Below are positions 17,583-28,447 of a stretch of 64,000 nt of DNA, piece by piece. Origin of the DNA: Deltaproteobacteria bacterium (lineage in GTDB: Bacteria; Desulfobacterota; BSN033; UBA1163); NCBI GenBank assembly GCA_020059605.1, contig JAGVBT010000044.1, positions 42,554-106,553 on the forward strand. Direction: 5' to 3'. Each line of letters starts with the position of its first letter. Position 1 is the stretch's first letter. The notes under the pieces were generated by a model. That model searched no databases and had not been told where the DNA came from. It was given only the letters and a program-made list of their open reading frames with translations. The position numbers and the translations under genes were made by a program.

Positions 17583-18947
17583 TTAAAAAAGCTTTTCCAT
17601 CGCTTCCTGAACGCTCCTCACGCCGATTAATTCGATCCCTTGAATCCCTCTCAGTTTCTCCTGGTTTGCTCTCGGCAAAAGGCACCGCTGGAATCCCAGC
17701 CTTGCTGCTTCCTTCACCCTGATCTCCGACCGGTTGATCCCCCTCACCTCTCCTCCCAGCCCCACCTCCCCGAACATGACGAGGTCCGGTTCAACAGGCC
17801 GGTTCTTCACGCTGGAGGTGATCGAGGCTATCACGCCCAGATCCGCCCCCGGCTCTTCCACTCTGATCCCGCCCGCAATGTTGAGGAAAATATCCTGATT
17901 GAGCAGAGGGATACCCAGTCGCTTCTCCATCACCGCCACCAGGAGTGAAACGCGGTTCGCATCAACCCCCTGAGACGTCCTCCTCGGAACACCATAGTGG
18001 CCGGGAACGACCAGCGCTTGAAGCTCCACCAGGATGGGCCTTGACCCCTCTATGCTCGCGATGACCGCTGAACCCGAGGTCGCCCGGGTCCGTTCGGAAA
18101 GAAAGAATTCGGAGGGGCTGACCACCTCCACCAGCCCAGAATCCTTCATTTCAAAAATCCCGATCTCATTGGTGGAGCCGAAACGGTTTTTCACCGCTCT
18201 CAAAATCCTGAAGGCGTGATTGGCTTCCCCTTCGATATAGAGAACGGTATCCACCATATGTTCCAGCACCTTCGGGCCTGCGATGAATCCTTCCTTGGTG
18301 ACATGGCCGACAAGAAAGATAGGGATGGACAGATGCTTCGCCAGGTAAAGCAACCTGCTGGATGCCTCCCTCACTTGAGTGATCGATCCCGGCGTCGAAG
18401 GGAGATCGGAAGCATAAATGGTCTGGATCGAATCGACGACCACCGCGGAAGGTTTGAGCATCTGGATGTCTTGCAGGATCTTTTCAAGGGACGTCTCCGA
18501 GACGACAAAGAGGTGATTTGAAGAAACCCCGAGCCGGTCCGCCCTCATTTTGGTCTGCTGGAGGGATTCCTCTCCGGAAACATAAAGGACCTTCTTCCCC
18601 GTCGAGGTTAGATGGCTCATCATCTGGAGAAGAAGGGTCGATTTACCGATGCCCGGATCGCCTCCGACCAGGATCACCGATCCGAAAACGATCCCCCCTC
18701 CCAGGACCCGGTCGAATTCTCCTATGCCGACCTGGAACCTCCCTTTCTCCTCGCTGATAATCTCGGTGATGGCTGTTGGAACCGCCCCGGCTTCAAACCC
18801 AAGGAGATCCCGTTCCGGGGCTTTCTCCTCCATCACCCGTTCTTCAACGAAGGTGTTCCATGCCTGACACCCCGGGCACCGTCCCAGCCACTTCGGAGCC
18901 GGATATCCGCAGGACTGGCAGACAAATTGGGTTTTGGTTTTGGCCAT
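17583..18947 (-). CDS. radA: DNA repair protein RadA (Sms)
   Basis: The N-terminal zinc ribbon CQSCGYPAPKWLGRCPGCQAW, the RecA-like Walker A GDPGIGKST and the C-terminal Lon-like domain are present. Confidence 0.95.
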   Translation of the reverse strand: MAKTKTQFVCQSCGYPAPKWLGRCPGCQAWNTFVEERVMEEKAPERDLLGFEAGAVPTAITEIISEEKGRFQVGIGEFDRVLGGGIVFGSVILVGGDPGIGKSTLLLQMMSHLTSTGKKVLYVSGEESLQQTKMRADRLGVSSNHLFVVSETSLEKILQDIQMLKPSAVVVDSIQTIYASDLPSTPGSITQVREASSRLLYLAKHLSIPIFLVGHVTKEGFIAGPKVLEHMVDTVLYIEGEANHAFRILRAVKNRFGSTNEIGIFEMKDSGLVEVVSPSEFFLSERTRATSGSAVIASIEGSRPILVELQALVVPGHYGVPRRTSQGVDANRVSLLVAVMEKRLGIPLLNQDIFLNIAGGIRVEEPGADLGVIASITSSVKNRPVEPDLVMFGEVGLGGEVRGINRSEIRVKEAARLGFQRCLLPRANQEKLRGIQGIELIGVRSVQEAMEKLF

Positions 18948-19157
18948 AAGATAACAGCCTCTGGTTCAAGGGCTAAGGTAAAGATGCCGGTTTCGAAAAA
19001 GGGTTATGTTATGGGTCTTTAAAGCTTTAGCCCTAACCTCTTGACATTAAACTAAACCGGCTTCCTAACCCTCACCCAATGATCCATTCGAATTTGAATT
19101 GAAGGCATTTTAGCAGAAAGGATTCTTGAGGTCAAAAAAAAAGACGATGATCCGGGA

Positions 19158-20144
19158 TCAATACCTGAACAGGGTTGCTCCCCAGGTTAAGCCGGCGCCG
19201 AAAGAATTGACCAGGATGAGATCGCCCTTGCGGATTCGGCCGCTTCGGACTGCCTCATCGAAGGCAACCGGTATGGTGGCGGCCGAAGTGTTGCCATACT
19301 TATGGACGGTGACGATCACCTTTTCAGTAGGAATCCCCAATTTTTCCGCCACAACATCCATAATCCGGATGTTTGCCTGGTGAGGGATAAACCAGTCTAT
19401 CTCATCGCTCGTGATCCCCTGTTCGGCCATGATCTTACGAGCTGATCCGACCAGGGTGCGGACCGCATGTTTGAAGACTTCGTTGCCCTGCATCCTCACA
19501 TACTGAAGGCCCTTCTCAATCATTTCATGAGAAGCAGGAATTCGCGAACCTCCTCCGGGTACATGAATCAGGTGCCAGAGATCTCCATCGGACTCGATAT
19601 CCATCGCAAGGATCTCTCCGTCATCGTTTCCATTCGAATGTCCGAGAACCACTGCACCCGCTCCGTCACCGAAAAGAACACAGGTGGAGCGGTCTTTATA
19701 ATCGAGTCGATTCGAAACGATCTCCCCGCCTACCACCAAGGCCTTGCTATAGGAACCGTCCTGCATGAACTTTTGTGCGACGGCCAGCCCATAGATGAAC
19801 CCGGGGCAGGCCGCATTCACATCGAAGGCCACGGCTTTCTTCGCGCCCAAACGGTGTTGGACCATACAACCACAGGAGGGGCTGAGCATGTCGGCCGTCG
19901 AGGTTCCGATCACGATCAGATCCAGTTCGTCAGCGGAAAATCCTGCCATTTGAAGGGCGGATGCAGAAGCCAGTGTGGCGAGGTCAGACATGGCCTGACC
20001 TTTCTCGATCATCCGGCGCTCTTTTATTCCCGTTCGGGTTGTAATCCATTCATCGCTTGTGTCGATAATCGTCTCAAAATAGGAATTCGGGACAACCCGC
20101 TCCGGGGAACAGGATCCCGTCCCTTTAATGGCAATCTTTTTCAA
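19158..20144 (-). CDS. fabH: 3-oxoacyl-ACP synthase III
   Basis: 328 aa with the active-site Cys in AFDVNAACPGFIYGL and the C-terminal ...NSFGAGLTWGA. Confidence 0.9.
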   Translation of the reverse strand: MKKIAIKGTGSCSPERVVPNSYFETIIDTSDEWITTRTGIKERRMIEKGQAMSDLATLASASALQMAGFSADELDLIVIGTSTADMLSPSCGCMVQHRLGAKKAVAFDVNAACPGFIYGLAVAQKFMQDGSYSKALVVGGEIVSNRLDYKDRSTCVLFGDGAGAVVLGHSNGNDDGEILAMDIESDGDLWHLIHVPGGGSRIPASHEMIEKGLQYVRMQGNEVFKHAVRTLVGSARKIMAEQGITSDEIDWFIPHQANIRIMDVVAEKLGIPTEKVIVTVHKYGNTSAATIPVAFDEAVRSGRIRKGDLILVNSFGAGLTWGATLFRY

Positions 20145-20350
20145 AAAAATTCTTTCCTCCTGAATGTGGTTTTCCCCACCCCCACGGAATGGCTACGTTA
20201 TATCCTATTTCCTTATCATTTTCCAGCATCCGATCAGAATTTTCCCCGGATGTTTAACGGTCAGGCGGGTGTCGTGAGTCATAAATCCCTTTACAATCCG
20301 TTTGTGGTGAGCCCGTCGAACCATGAACAGAACCCTCTGAAATCGTTAAT

Positions 20351-20377
20351 CCTTCGACAGGCTCAGAGTGAACGGGG
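20351..20377. repeat. Dispersed repeat family 2 (CTTCGACArGCTCAGrGTGAACGGGG), single copy
   Basis: CCTTCGACAGGCTCAGAGTGAACGGGG lies in the fabH/yihY intergenic region. It matches the copies at 37005-37038 and 39587-39661. Confidence 0.6.
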
Positions 20378-20422
20378 CGCGTAAAGAAGTGTTAGACGGA
20401 GTGCACTAATTCCTCTTTTTCG

Positions 20423-21751
20423 TTAAACCTCTTTGATCATAACATTGCCTGGCGCTTTTTCGGCGGCGTCGGAGATATTTTTTAAATGAGTAAAAATATT
20501 CTCTGTCTGATCCGACGGAGGGACAGAGGGAGGGTGGACTCCACGGGACTCGTAGACATCGAGAACCTCTTTGATCGTTATGTGTTCAATGGTCCGTCCG
20601 GGTTGGAAGGTGACTTCATGGTCGGGTCCGCGGACGGTTTCAACAACAAGCCCGACATCCGTTAATTCGTGGAGGAGTCGCCGGACAAGTTGAACCGGAA
20701 TTTCCAATCGTTCCGCGATCTCGGCGATACTGAGAGGTTTTTCTCCTTGAGAAAATGTCCGGGTCAGCAGGTGAAAGATCTGAAGAACAAACCGCTTTTT
20801 TGAAGAGAGACTGATGTTGGAATATTCCGGTTGAAATCCGTATGTTTCATAATGCTCGTAGGCATGGGAAATCTCCGCTCCGAAAAGGACAATCATCCAG
20901 CTGAGTTGAAGCATTGCCAAGAAAAGGGGCAAGGCCGCAAAACTTCCGTAAATGGCCCCATAACTCGCCGCTCCGATCTGAAATTTAATATAGAGCCACT
21001 GAACAATCTGCATCAGGGTCCCGGCGAAGATCCCTCCTGCAATCGCCCCCCTGAGCGGAATTCGAGTGTTCGGCATGACCAGGTAGAGCATGGTTAACAG
21101 AACCCAGATGGAAACATAAGGCAGCAGGTTCAACAGGAAAAAGATCATTGGACCAAAAACACCCAGCAGGGCAATTTTTTTGACAATCATTTGCAACTGG
21201 CTTGCCACGAGGATGGTTGCACTGCTGGCGATGCTCAGGAGAACGGGAGCAAAGACAATGATCGCAATATAATCGCTAAATTTTCTTACGAGTGTCCTTG
21301 GCTTCTTGACTTCCCATATCTCATCGAGGGAGCCTTCTATTTTCCCCAGGATGGAGATCACCGTCCAGAAGAGCAAGACAACACCAACGCCTGCGATGAC
21401 TCCCCCCTTGGCCTGATCAAGCAGCTTGTGGGAAAACATCAGAATTTGGCTTGTGATCTCCGCCTGCCAATTTGCCTTATCCGCCATCTGAAGGATCTGT
21501 TTTTCGATCATTTTCTCAAGGCCGAAACCTTTTGAAATGGCAAACGCCACGGCTACAATTGGAACAACATTGAGGAGGGAATAATAGGTCAAAACCGAAG
21601 CCGTCTTTTGACACCGATCTCCCCAAAAACCTCGGATGGCCAAAAGAATAATGCGCAGATATTTAACGAAAAAGAACTTGATCGGATGCAAATCCTTTAA
21701 CCGGATTTCCCAGAGGTCGATATTGATAAAATGGACAATTTGTGAAAGCAT
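20423..21751 (-). CDS. YihY/BrkB-family inner membrane protein with a C-terminal winged-helix-like extension
   Basis: Six-TM YihY core (VLTYYSLLNVVPIVAVAFAISKGFG...). The C-terminal roughly 110 aa (LSIAEIAERLEIPVQLVRRLLHELTDVGLV) resemble a wHTH. Confidence 0.7.
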   Translation of the reverse strand: MLSQIVHFINIDLWEIRLKDLHPIKFFFVKYLRIILLAIRGFWGDRCQKTASVLTYYSLLNVVPIVAVAFAISKGFGLEKMIEKQILQMADKANWQAEITSQILMFSHKLLDQAKGGVIAGVGVVLLFWTVISILGKIEGSLDEIWEVKKPRTLVRKFSDYIAIIVFAPVLLSIASSATILVASQLQMIVKKIALLGVFGPMIFFLLNLLPYVSIWVLLTMLYLVMPNTRIPLRGAIAGGIFAGTLMQIVQWLYIKFQIGAASYGAIYGSFAALPLFLAMLQLSWMIVLFGAEISHAYEHYETYGFQPEYSNISLSSKKRFVLQIFHLLTRTFSQGEKPLSIAEIAERLEIPVQLVRRLLHELTDVGLVVETVRGPDHEVTFQPGRTIEHITIKEVLDVYESRGVHPPSVPPSDQTENIFTHLKNISDAAEKAPGNVMIKEV

Positions 21752-21897
21752 GGTGGCTTTCCATTTCTATTCGGAGTCAGCGAAAGGTCCGATGTTTTCC
21801 CCTCAAGACGTGGAAATTTTTATTCCTCATCCTTTAAGGGAAACAGGGAAAGTAGAGGTCGACAATGCATCCGTTTATTATTGTGCATCAGCGTTTC

Positions 21898-22356
21898 TCA
21901 ACCCACCTTCAATTCAGAAGTGCACTGAGGACAACGCGTTGCCTTGATCGGAATGGGACTAAAACAATAAATGCATTCTTTGGTCGTTTGCACAGGAGGC
22001 GGAGCCTCCTCTTGGCGTTTAAATCTATTAATATTTCGAATCAAAAGGAACACCGCGAAGGCCACGATCAAGAATGTGACGATCGTATTGATGAAAAGAC
22101 CATAGTTGATCGAGGTTGCTCCCGCAGCCTTGGCAGCCGTGAGGGATTCATACGGTGGAGGCGCCTTGGCCCCTTCCCTTAAAACGATAAATAGGTTTGA
22201 GAAGTCGATGTTCCCTAAAAGAAGACCAATCGGCGGCATAATCACATCGGCAACAAGAGAGTTGACGATGGTCCCAAAAGCAGCACCGATGATAATTCCC
22301 ACCGCCATATCCACTACATTTCCGCGCATGGCAAATTCCCTAAATTCTTTTAACAT
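21898..22356 (-). CDS. mscL: Large-conductance mechanosensitive channel MscL with a C-terminal CxxC...CxxC zinc-ribbon tail
   Basis: The start is at M16, with AAGGAGG 7 nt upstream. The MscL TM1 is [22 protein letters not shown]. The C-terminal [18 protein letters not shown] replaces the usual helical bundle. Confidence 0.8.
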   Translation of the reverse strand: MLKEFREFAMRGNVVDMAVGIIIGAAFGTIVNSLVADVIMPPIGLLLGNIDFSNLFIVLREGAKAPPPYESLTAAKAAGATSINYGLFINTIVTFLIVAFAVFLLIRNINRFKRQEEAPPPVQTTKECIYCFSPIPIKATRCPQCTSELKVG

Positions 22357-22400
22357 GTGAGACCCTCCTTTCTGTCTATGGTCTGAATGGGGTTCTATCA

Positions 22401-25400
22401 TTATTTGAGTTTAAAATCAACGCGGCTATCTTTCAGCTTTTCCTTCTTTGCCGGTGTAAGAGATTTTGGTTCAAGGATGAATATTCTCTCGGGTTCAACC
22501 GGCCCGGATGTTACGATGGCCTCCTTGACTTTCATGGCCCGCTGGGAAGCGAGGGCCCGCAGGTCACTCTCCCTGATCTCCAAATGCGTCAGAATCAACT
22601 TTTCCATTTCCGGGGCGGGGATGTCTTTGGCTATTCCCAGAATATTTCTCGGTTTTGGAAATTTCTCTTCCTTATAGGCCATCTTCAAATATTTTTCGTA
22701 TTCCTGTTTTTCGATTTTCACCTCATCCACTGGAATAGGAGGCTGTCCTTTCTTGACCATCTCTTTCAGTTTCTGGGCCTTCAATTTTCTGTCGAATAAA
22801 TACTGTTTCAACCATTCCCTGTCTTTCTCCGGATCCACATAACCCTCAATATCCATCTTGAGTTGAGGTCGATTGAGCAGAGCCTTTGCTATGGTCTCAA
22901 GTTTTTTAACACTCGGCTCGGTGAGGGTGGCGCTTCCGTATTCAAACTCCACGAAACTCAGTTCTTCTCCTCCTCCGATGATCGCCCCGAGGAGTGAAAA
23001 GGGCGAGGTGGCGGCCTTCGCTATCAGATTGATGAGGATCTTCAGGATGATTCCCCAAACGCTGAATTTCGGGTCATCCAGGCTTCCGGTGACCGGGATG
23101 TCCAGTTTGATTTCTCCTTTTCGATCCTTCAAAAGGGAGATGGCAAGTTTGACAGGCAACTTGGTCGCATGAGGGCTTTCCACCTTCTCTCCCAGGTTGA
23201 ACTGGTCAATGAAGATTTGATTCTGGGATTCGAGCTTTCTCTGTTTGATCAAATATTTCAAGTCGAATGAGAGCTTTCCCTTCTCGACGGTGTACCCGAC
23301 ATATTTCCCCGCATAAGGGGTCGTCGGACTGAGTTCCATATCCTTAAATCTCGCTTTCAGATCCACATAAAGGTCTTCTTTCAACGGATTGATCTTGCCG
23401 GTAATTTCGAGAGGGGCATAATCATCGAGTTTTGCACGAAGCTCCAAATCCGCCAGAGTGGTTTCCTCGGAAGAAAGACCGGAGATTCGTCCCCCGATCT
23501 CGGTCAGCTTTGCCGAATAATCGGGTTGAATGGATCGGTCTGAGAAGTCAACCCTCCCTCCCTGCAGGGTGATTGTTTCAATCTTGATCGTACTGGGGGG
23601 GTCTGCTGTTTTCTTCCCGGGCGAAGAAGGGGGGGCGCTTTCTTTGGAGGGACGTGTTTCTTGTTTTTTTTCTTCTTTCCCGATGAGTTGCTGGACATTG
23701 AGCAGGCCGTCCGGGTGGATGATCACTTGGGCATAGAAATCGCTTAATGAAATTCCTTTGATGTCCAATAAAAATGGATCGGAGTCGAAACGGAGATCAT
23801 CCAATGCCAGGGATTCCACTTTCAGGAAATCGGTGGCATGCTGTTTGTCAATGGAAGCAAAATGGGTCAGGGAGGCTTTCCCACGGTAGGTGGACTTAAG
23901 CTCTTTTTTATCTGAAAATTCCAGAGCAAGATTACCGTTGGTCGAAACGGCGCCACCGGTGACGTTCACCTTCACTCTGTCCGTAAAGTAGGCCTGAAGG
24001 GGCTTGATGCCAATCTCTTTCAAGCTCACTTTCAAATTTGCGGAGAGAGGGTTGATTCCGACCGCTCCCTCAGTTGAAATCGTGCCCTTTTGGTTGAACC
24101 GGAAGGAAAGGGCGGCATTTCCCTTTTGGCCTTTGGCTGTTGAGAAACGTTCGGCTCTTAGCCGCAATTCATCCATCACCAGCGCCACCGGCTCGGCGGG
24201 GGTTAGATCTTCACCGTTGATCGTATAATCATCCACTGAAACCTTTCCCACTTTGATCAGCCATGGTTTTTTTTCCGTTTTCTCCTGTACGGGTGCGAGC
24301 TTTTCCGCTGTTTTTTCTTCCTTTTTTTCACTTTCTGGGAAAAGGGACTGGAGGTTGATTTTCCCATCTTTAAAGCGACGGACGGAGAGTGTCCCTTTTT
24401 GAGTTGAAACATCCCCGACAGCAACCTCTTTTTGATTCAGATCCAATCCGGTGTTGTTGATCGTCAGCAGGGGAATATCCGCGAAGGCTTCCTCTTCATC
24501 CCTTTTTTTTAATTTCAAGCCTTTGAATGAGGCCGAAAGACCCGAGAGCTTGGTGATAATGTCTTTCCCTGTTTTTCGGTATTGATAGTTGGTAAAAAAG
24601 TCGAGGTCTCCCCCATCGATATTGAAGAGGATGCTATCCTGATAGTAAGGGGCGTATTTATTTAAGACGATACGTTTGATCTCTAAGGAGCCTTCGATTC
24701 TCAAAGGGTCAAGGCCAATCGTGTTTTGGGTGGAAAGGACGCTTGTCTGGTCCAGCAGGAATGAAAGGGATAATTTCCCAAGGGCATTTTGGGCAGTGGA
24801 TATATTTTCACCCTTGAGGGTAATCTTTTCTCCGATCAGGACAGTGGGTTGTTGGGGGGCTTGGTCTCTCATGTTGACTGCATATTGATCAACGGAGATT
24901 TTTCTCAGGGCCACCACCCATTTTTTTTCTTCTCCCTTCCCTTTGCTCTGCACAGGAGACGATTTCTCAGGGGGAGAAGGAGGGAAGAGCTTCATCAAAT
25001 CGAGGTCCCCGTTTTTTAAGCGGGTTAAGGTCAGCACCCCCTTTTCCGTTGAGAAGGTCCCGATCGTCACTTGTGTCTGGGTCACATCCACGAGGGTATC
25101 TTTGACCGAAAGAAGAGGTATTTTAAGGAAATCTTCTTTTTCCTCCGGCCTTTTAAGCCTTAAGGAATTCAAAAGGACGGACATTGCCGACAAAGAAATT
25201 TCAGGTTCTTTCTCTCCCCTGGCATATTTGTAACGGGTTGAGAAGTCCAAGCGACCTTCCTCAAGGGTAAAAAGAATTTGATCCTGATAATAGGGTGAAT
25301 ATTTCATCAGAGGGATAGACCTGATCTCCAAATTGCCCTCTGCCCACAAAGGCTCTACGGAAAGCTCGCCCTCCACTTTGATATTTTCCTTGGCCTCAGA

Positions 25401-26645
25401 CGCAATGGAAAGGGAATAGTTAGTTTTTTTGCCTTTGCCGTTGCTGAAAGGAGCAACCCTTAATTCAATGGGGGCCAGGGTCGTCTTAAAAGGTTTCTTT
25501 GTTGACAAATCCGAAAATGAGACCTTTCCGCCAATCAACTGCACCTCATCAATATCAAGGGATAGGGTGGCCTGATCTTCCTTTTTTTCGGCCGCGGGGG
25601 GAGGCTGGGTTTCTTTCTTTTTAGGGAGTAACGATTCAATGTTCAAAGCTCCTTCCGGATTTCGCCTTACGTTAAGTTCGGGAGACTGAAGGGAGACCCT
25701 TGACAGATGAAAGACCATCTTGAGGGGTTCTGTCGGGGCAATTTCGATTTCAAGCAGAGGAAGCCTGAATAAAGGATTTTTCTTACCATCGTCCAGTGCC
25801 ACTTTTTTCAAGGAGACATTTCCTGTCATAGTCAAGGTAGGCTGTTCCTCTTTAGGCTGGATAAACGAAACCTTTGTCTGGACATCAAGAAAGGCGGAGA
25901 CGATCTTGAAATTTAATTTAACAGGAAGGTAGGCCAGGTAATGGGGGATATCCAGGTTCTGAATATGGATGTCAAAAACTGTCTCGAGGGTGTCGCGAAA
26001 AGGTTTTGTATTCCCTTCAAGCCGATAAGGGGTTTCGTTAATCTTGGCGAAAAAGGTGGGTTGAACAAAGATGTCAATATGAGAGGGAATATTGGATAAG
26101 AAAGGAACCCCGATATTCAACTCTTTTACAGTATGCTTGGTCTGTTTGGGACCATCCCAAAAATCGATGCTTCCGCTTTCGATAATGATGTTATTAAGGG
26201 AGAACCGGAGAGGTTTTGGTTTTTCCGTCGGCTTCTCCGGCGGGTGGGTCTCCTTTTTTTCGAGCAGGTCATCAAAATTATAGGACCCGTCTTCATCGCG
26301 ATGGATTCTGATGTAAGGCTGTTTTAACCTGATCTCTTTAAGAATGAGCGCCATTCTCAGGGCGGAAAGGCTCTGGAGGTTTAAGAAAAGCTCATCGAAG
26401 GATAAAAAAGGTTCCGGACGTCCGTGGTCCTTCACCTGAAATCCTCTGATGGTTAAAGAAAGGGTATAGGGGTTTGCCTTGATTTGAGTGATCGCCACCT
26501 CGCGATGGAGGTTTTCCGAAAGTTTCTTGGTCAAGATCGATTTGAGAATTGGGGGAAGGATCAAAAAACCGAAGAGGGTATAGACCGCTAAAGAAATGAT
26601 GACCCAGACGATCGTCTTTTTCAACCGTTTCATATATCCCCCCAC
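22401..26645 (-). CDS. DUF748/AsmA-like giant envelope protein (1414 aa)
   Basis: An N-terminal TM anchor, a long beta-rich body and an internal duplication (...[27 protein letters not shown]... versus ...[27 protein letters not shown]...) are typical of the AsmA/TamB-like lipid-transfer superfamily. Confidence 0.6.
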   Translation of the reverse strand: MGGYMKRLKKTIVWVIISLAVYTLFGFLILPPILKSILTKKLSENLHREVAITQIKANPYTLSLTIRGFQVKDHGRPEPFLSFDELFLNLQSLSALRMALILKEIRLKQPYIRIHRDEDGSYNFDDLLEKKETHPPEKPTEKPKPLRFSLNNIIIESGSIDFWDGPKQTKHTVKELNIGVPFLSNIPSHIDIFVQPTFFAKINETPYRLEGNTKPFRDTLETVFDIHIQNLDIPHYLAYLPVKLNFKIVSAFLDVQTKVSFIQPKEEQPTLTMTGNVSLKKVALDDGKKNPLFRLPLLEIEIAPTEPLKMVFHLSRVSLQSPELNVRRNPEGALNIESLLPKKKETQPPPAAEKKEDQATLSLDIDEVQLIGGKVSFSDLSTKKPFKTTLAPIELRVAPFSNGKGKKTNYSLSIASEAKENIKVEGELSVEPLWAEGNLEIRSIPLMKYSPYYQDQILFTLEEGRLDFSTRYKYARGEKEPEISLSAMSVLLNSLRLKRPEEKEDFLKIPLLSVKDTLVDVTQTQVTIGTFSTEKGVLTLTRLKNGDLDLMKLFPPSPPEKSSPVQSKGKGEEKKWVVALRKISVDQYAVNMRDQAPQQPTVLIGEKITLKGENISTAQNALGKLSLSFLLDQTSVLSTQNTIGLDPLRIEGSLEIKRIVLNKYAPYYQDSILFNIDGGDLDFFTNYQYRKTGKDIITKLSGLSASFKGLKLKKRDEEEAFADIPLLTINNTGLDLNQKEVAVGDVSTQKGTLSVRRFKDGKINLQSLFPESEKKEEKTAEKLAPVQEKTEKKPWLIKVGKVSVDDYTINGEDLTPAEPVALVMDELRLRAERFSTAKGQKGNAALSFRFNQKGTISTEGAVGINPLSANLKVSLKEIGIKPLQAYFTDRVKVNVTGGAVSTNGNLALEFSDKKELKSTYRGKASLTHFASIDKQHATDFLKVESLALDDLRFDSDPFLLDIKGISLSDFYAQVIIHPDGLLNVQQLIGKEEKKQETRPSKESAPPSSPGKKTADPPSTIKIETITLQGGRVDFSDRSIQPDYSAKLTEIGGRISGLSSEETTLADLELRAKLDDYAPLEITGKINPLKEDLYVDLKARFKDMELSPTTPYAGKYVGYTVEKGKLSFDLKYLIKQRKLESQNQIFIDQFNLGEKVESPHATKLPVKLAISLLKDRKGEIKLDIPVTGSLDDPKFSVWGIILKILINLIAKAATSPFSLLGAIIGGGEELSFVEFEYGSATLTEPSVKKLETIAKALLNRPQLKMDIEGYVDPEKDREWLKQYLFDRKLKAQKLKEMVKKGQPPIPVDEVKIEKQEYEKYLKMAYKEEKFPKPRNILGIAKDIPAPEMEKLILTHLEIRESDLRALASQRAMKVKEAIVTSGPVEPERIFILEPKSLTPAKKEKLKDSRVDFKLK

Positions 26646-27358
26646 TATCTTCCGAAAACCTCTTTTAAAAGATCGGTCACGCGGGCGGCAGGATTGGTCC
26701 GGATCTTTCGCTCCTCTTCGCCCAGCACACGAAACAATCCGTCAAGCGCCTTGGTCACAACATAATGGTCGATATCGAAAGTCTCTTTCTTGACAAACGG
26801 GATAGTCTCATAGCGTCCTACCAGGTCCTTATATTGACGGGTGACACCGACGTCATTCATCGCTTTATCGACGATTGGTTTAAAAACGGTCACAAGTTGA
26901 TCAGAGGTCTTGCCCTTGAAATACTCTGTGGCCGCTGTCTCATGTCCTGAAAAGATTTTCCTCACATCCTGGAAGGTCATCTCGCCGATCGCATTCCAGA
27001 AAATCTCCTTGGCGAAGGGGGCGGCCTTCTCGGCCGCCCGGTTCATGCTGAGAACAAACTCATCCACTTGCGGGCCATAGCCCACGGTTCTCAGTCCCTT
27101 CTCAAGGGTCCTGAGTTTCTCAGGCATCAGGATCTTAATCGCCTGGTTTAGGAAATATCCATCCGTCTTTCCCGTCAAGGTTACCGTGTTTTCAGTGCCT
27201 ACCTTTAGCGCTTCCTTCAACCCCTCGCCGATCTTTGCATCGCTGAGCCCTTTCTGCCCGCCTACGCCAATGCCTTTAAGTAGCCGGTCAAGCTGGGCCG
27301 AGGCGGGGAAAGAGATAAAAAGAATCATCAGGCCGATGGCAACAATTCTGAGAAACAT
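26645..27358 (-). CDS. Secreted DUF4197-like protein
   Basis: 237 aa with a signal peptide. Its stop overlaps the start of the downstream AsmA-like gene. Confidence 0.45.
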   Translation of the reverse strand: MFLRIVAIGLMILFISFPASAQLDRLLKGIGVGGQKGLSDAKIGEGLKEALKVGTENTVTLTGKTDGYFLNQAIKILMPEKLRTLEKGLRTVGYGPQVDEFVLSMNRAAEKAAPFAKEIFWNAIGEMTFQDVRKIFSGHETAATEYFKGKTSDQLVTVFKPIVDKAMNDVGVTRQYKDLVGRYETIPFVKKETFDIDHYVVTKALDGLFRVLGEEERKIRTNPAARVTDLLKEVFGR

Positions 27359-27643
27359 AGGGTACCTCCTTCAAGTGTTCAAAGCGGGTGTGGAATTAAT
27401 TTTTTGAAAACCTTTAAATTCACTCTATGGCAGTTTTAAAAATAAGGCAATAGAAAAATTATACATAGCGACATAATAAATTTCGCATAACCTTTGAAAA
27501 ATGTTCGAAATGAAGGATTTATCAGCTATCAGGATGGGCAGAAATGAATGACGCCATGTATAATAACTTCTTTTCCTCAATAATGTTAGGAGGATCGATT
27601 CTTCTCTTTTAAACGGACTCCAACTATGGTATCAGTTTAAAGC

Positions 27644-28288
27644 ATGGAGACCGAAAATAGAGAACTACTCGTCAAGGGGGCAAGAGTATTTGGAATTGCT
27701 CTGGTTGAACAGCACGTTGAGGCCTTTGACCACTATCTCCGGCAGCTCCTCAAATGGAATGAGAAGATAAATCTCACGGCCATCCGGTCGGAAAAAGGAA
27801 TCGTCCTGAAGCATTTCCTCGATTCCCTGTCGCTCTTTCCTCATCTTCCGGCAATCTCCTCTCTCCTGGATGTCGGCTCAGGCGCAGGTTTTCCCGGAAT
27901 TCCTTTGAAAATGATTCAACCCTCCCTGAAGGTTATTCTGATCGATTCCGTTCGTAAAAAAATCGATTTCCAAAAACATGTCATTCGGACACTCGGGTTA
28001 AAAGGGATTGAAGCAATCCATGGGCGTGTCCAGGACCAGCAGGTCCTTGCCGACCTGGGTGGGCGGTTTGATGCAATTACTGCAAGGGCATTCTCGGATC
28101 TTGAGGCCCTCCTTCTTCTCAGCTATCCATTGTTGAAAAAAGGAGGAATCCTTTTGGCCATGAAAGGAGAAGAAATAGAACGTCTTTCTTTCATCGAGAA
28201 GGCACGGTATCGATTGCAAAGGTCTGTTCGGTTCTACCTCCCCTTCAGCTCGATCAAAAGGTCGATTCTGCTTTTCGAAAAAGAATAA
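27644..28288 (+). CDS. rsmG: 16S rRNA (guanine527-N7)-methyltransferase
   Basis: The GidB pattern ...LLKWNEKINLTAIRSEKGIVLKHFLDSL...LDVGSGAGFPGIPLK is present. Confidence 0.9.
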   Translation: METENRELLVKGARVFGIALVEQHVEAFDHYLRQLLKWNEKINLTAIRSEKGIVLKHFLDSLSLFPHLPAISSLLDVGSGAGFPGIPLKMIQPSLKVILIDSVRKKIDFQKHVIRTLGLKGIEAIHGRVQDQQVLADLGGRFDAITARAFSDLEALLLLSYPLLKKGGILLAMKGEEIERLSFIEKARYRLQRSVRFYLPFSSIKRSILLFEKE

Positions 28289-28402
28289 ATCAAGACTTTT
28301 CTTTATCATTCCCCTATTCCGAAATCCAAATGAGTGAAGCCAAGGTCAACCGAAATGTTTTGAGAAAGAAAAGGAGCTACCGGTCATGTGTTGAAGTGAG
28401 CC

Positions 28403-28430
28403 GTAAGTTGTTTTAGAACCAACGTCCCCT
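28403..28430. repeat. 28-nt element GTAAGTTGTTTTAGAACCAACGTCCCCT (copy 1)
   Basis: It is identical over 27 nt to 56049-56075. It is followed by GTCCCCTTTTTTATTGGGGGAC, a hairpin with a T-run, and lies upstream of priA. Confidence 0.7.
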
Positions 28431-28447
28431 TTTTTATTGGGGGACAT

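Noticed and set aside
18948-19157. Possible terminator or small RNA in the radA/fabH spacer (AGGGCTAAGG ... CTTTAGCCCT arms 45 nt apart)
   Set aside because: The arms are too far apart and there is no U-tract. Recorded only as a weak inverted repeat.
19467-20384. 305-aa plus-strand ORF
   Set aside because: It is antisense to fabH and extends into the intergenic repeat. Its composition is typical of a GC-rich shadow frame.
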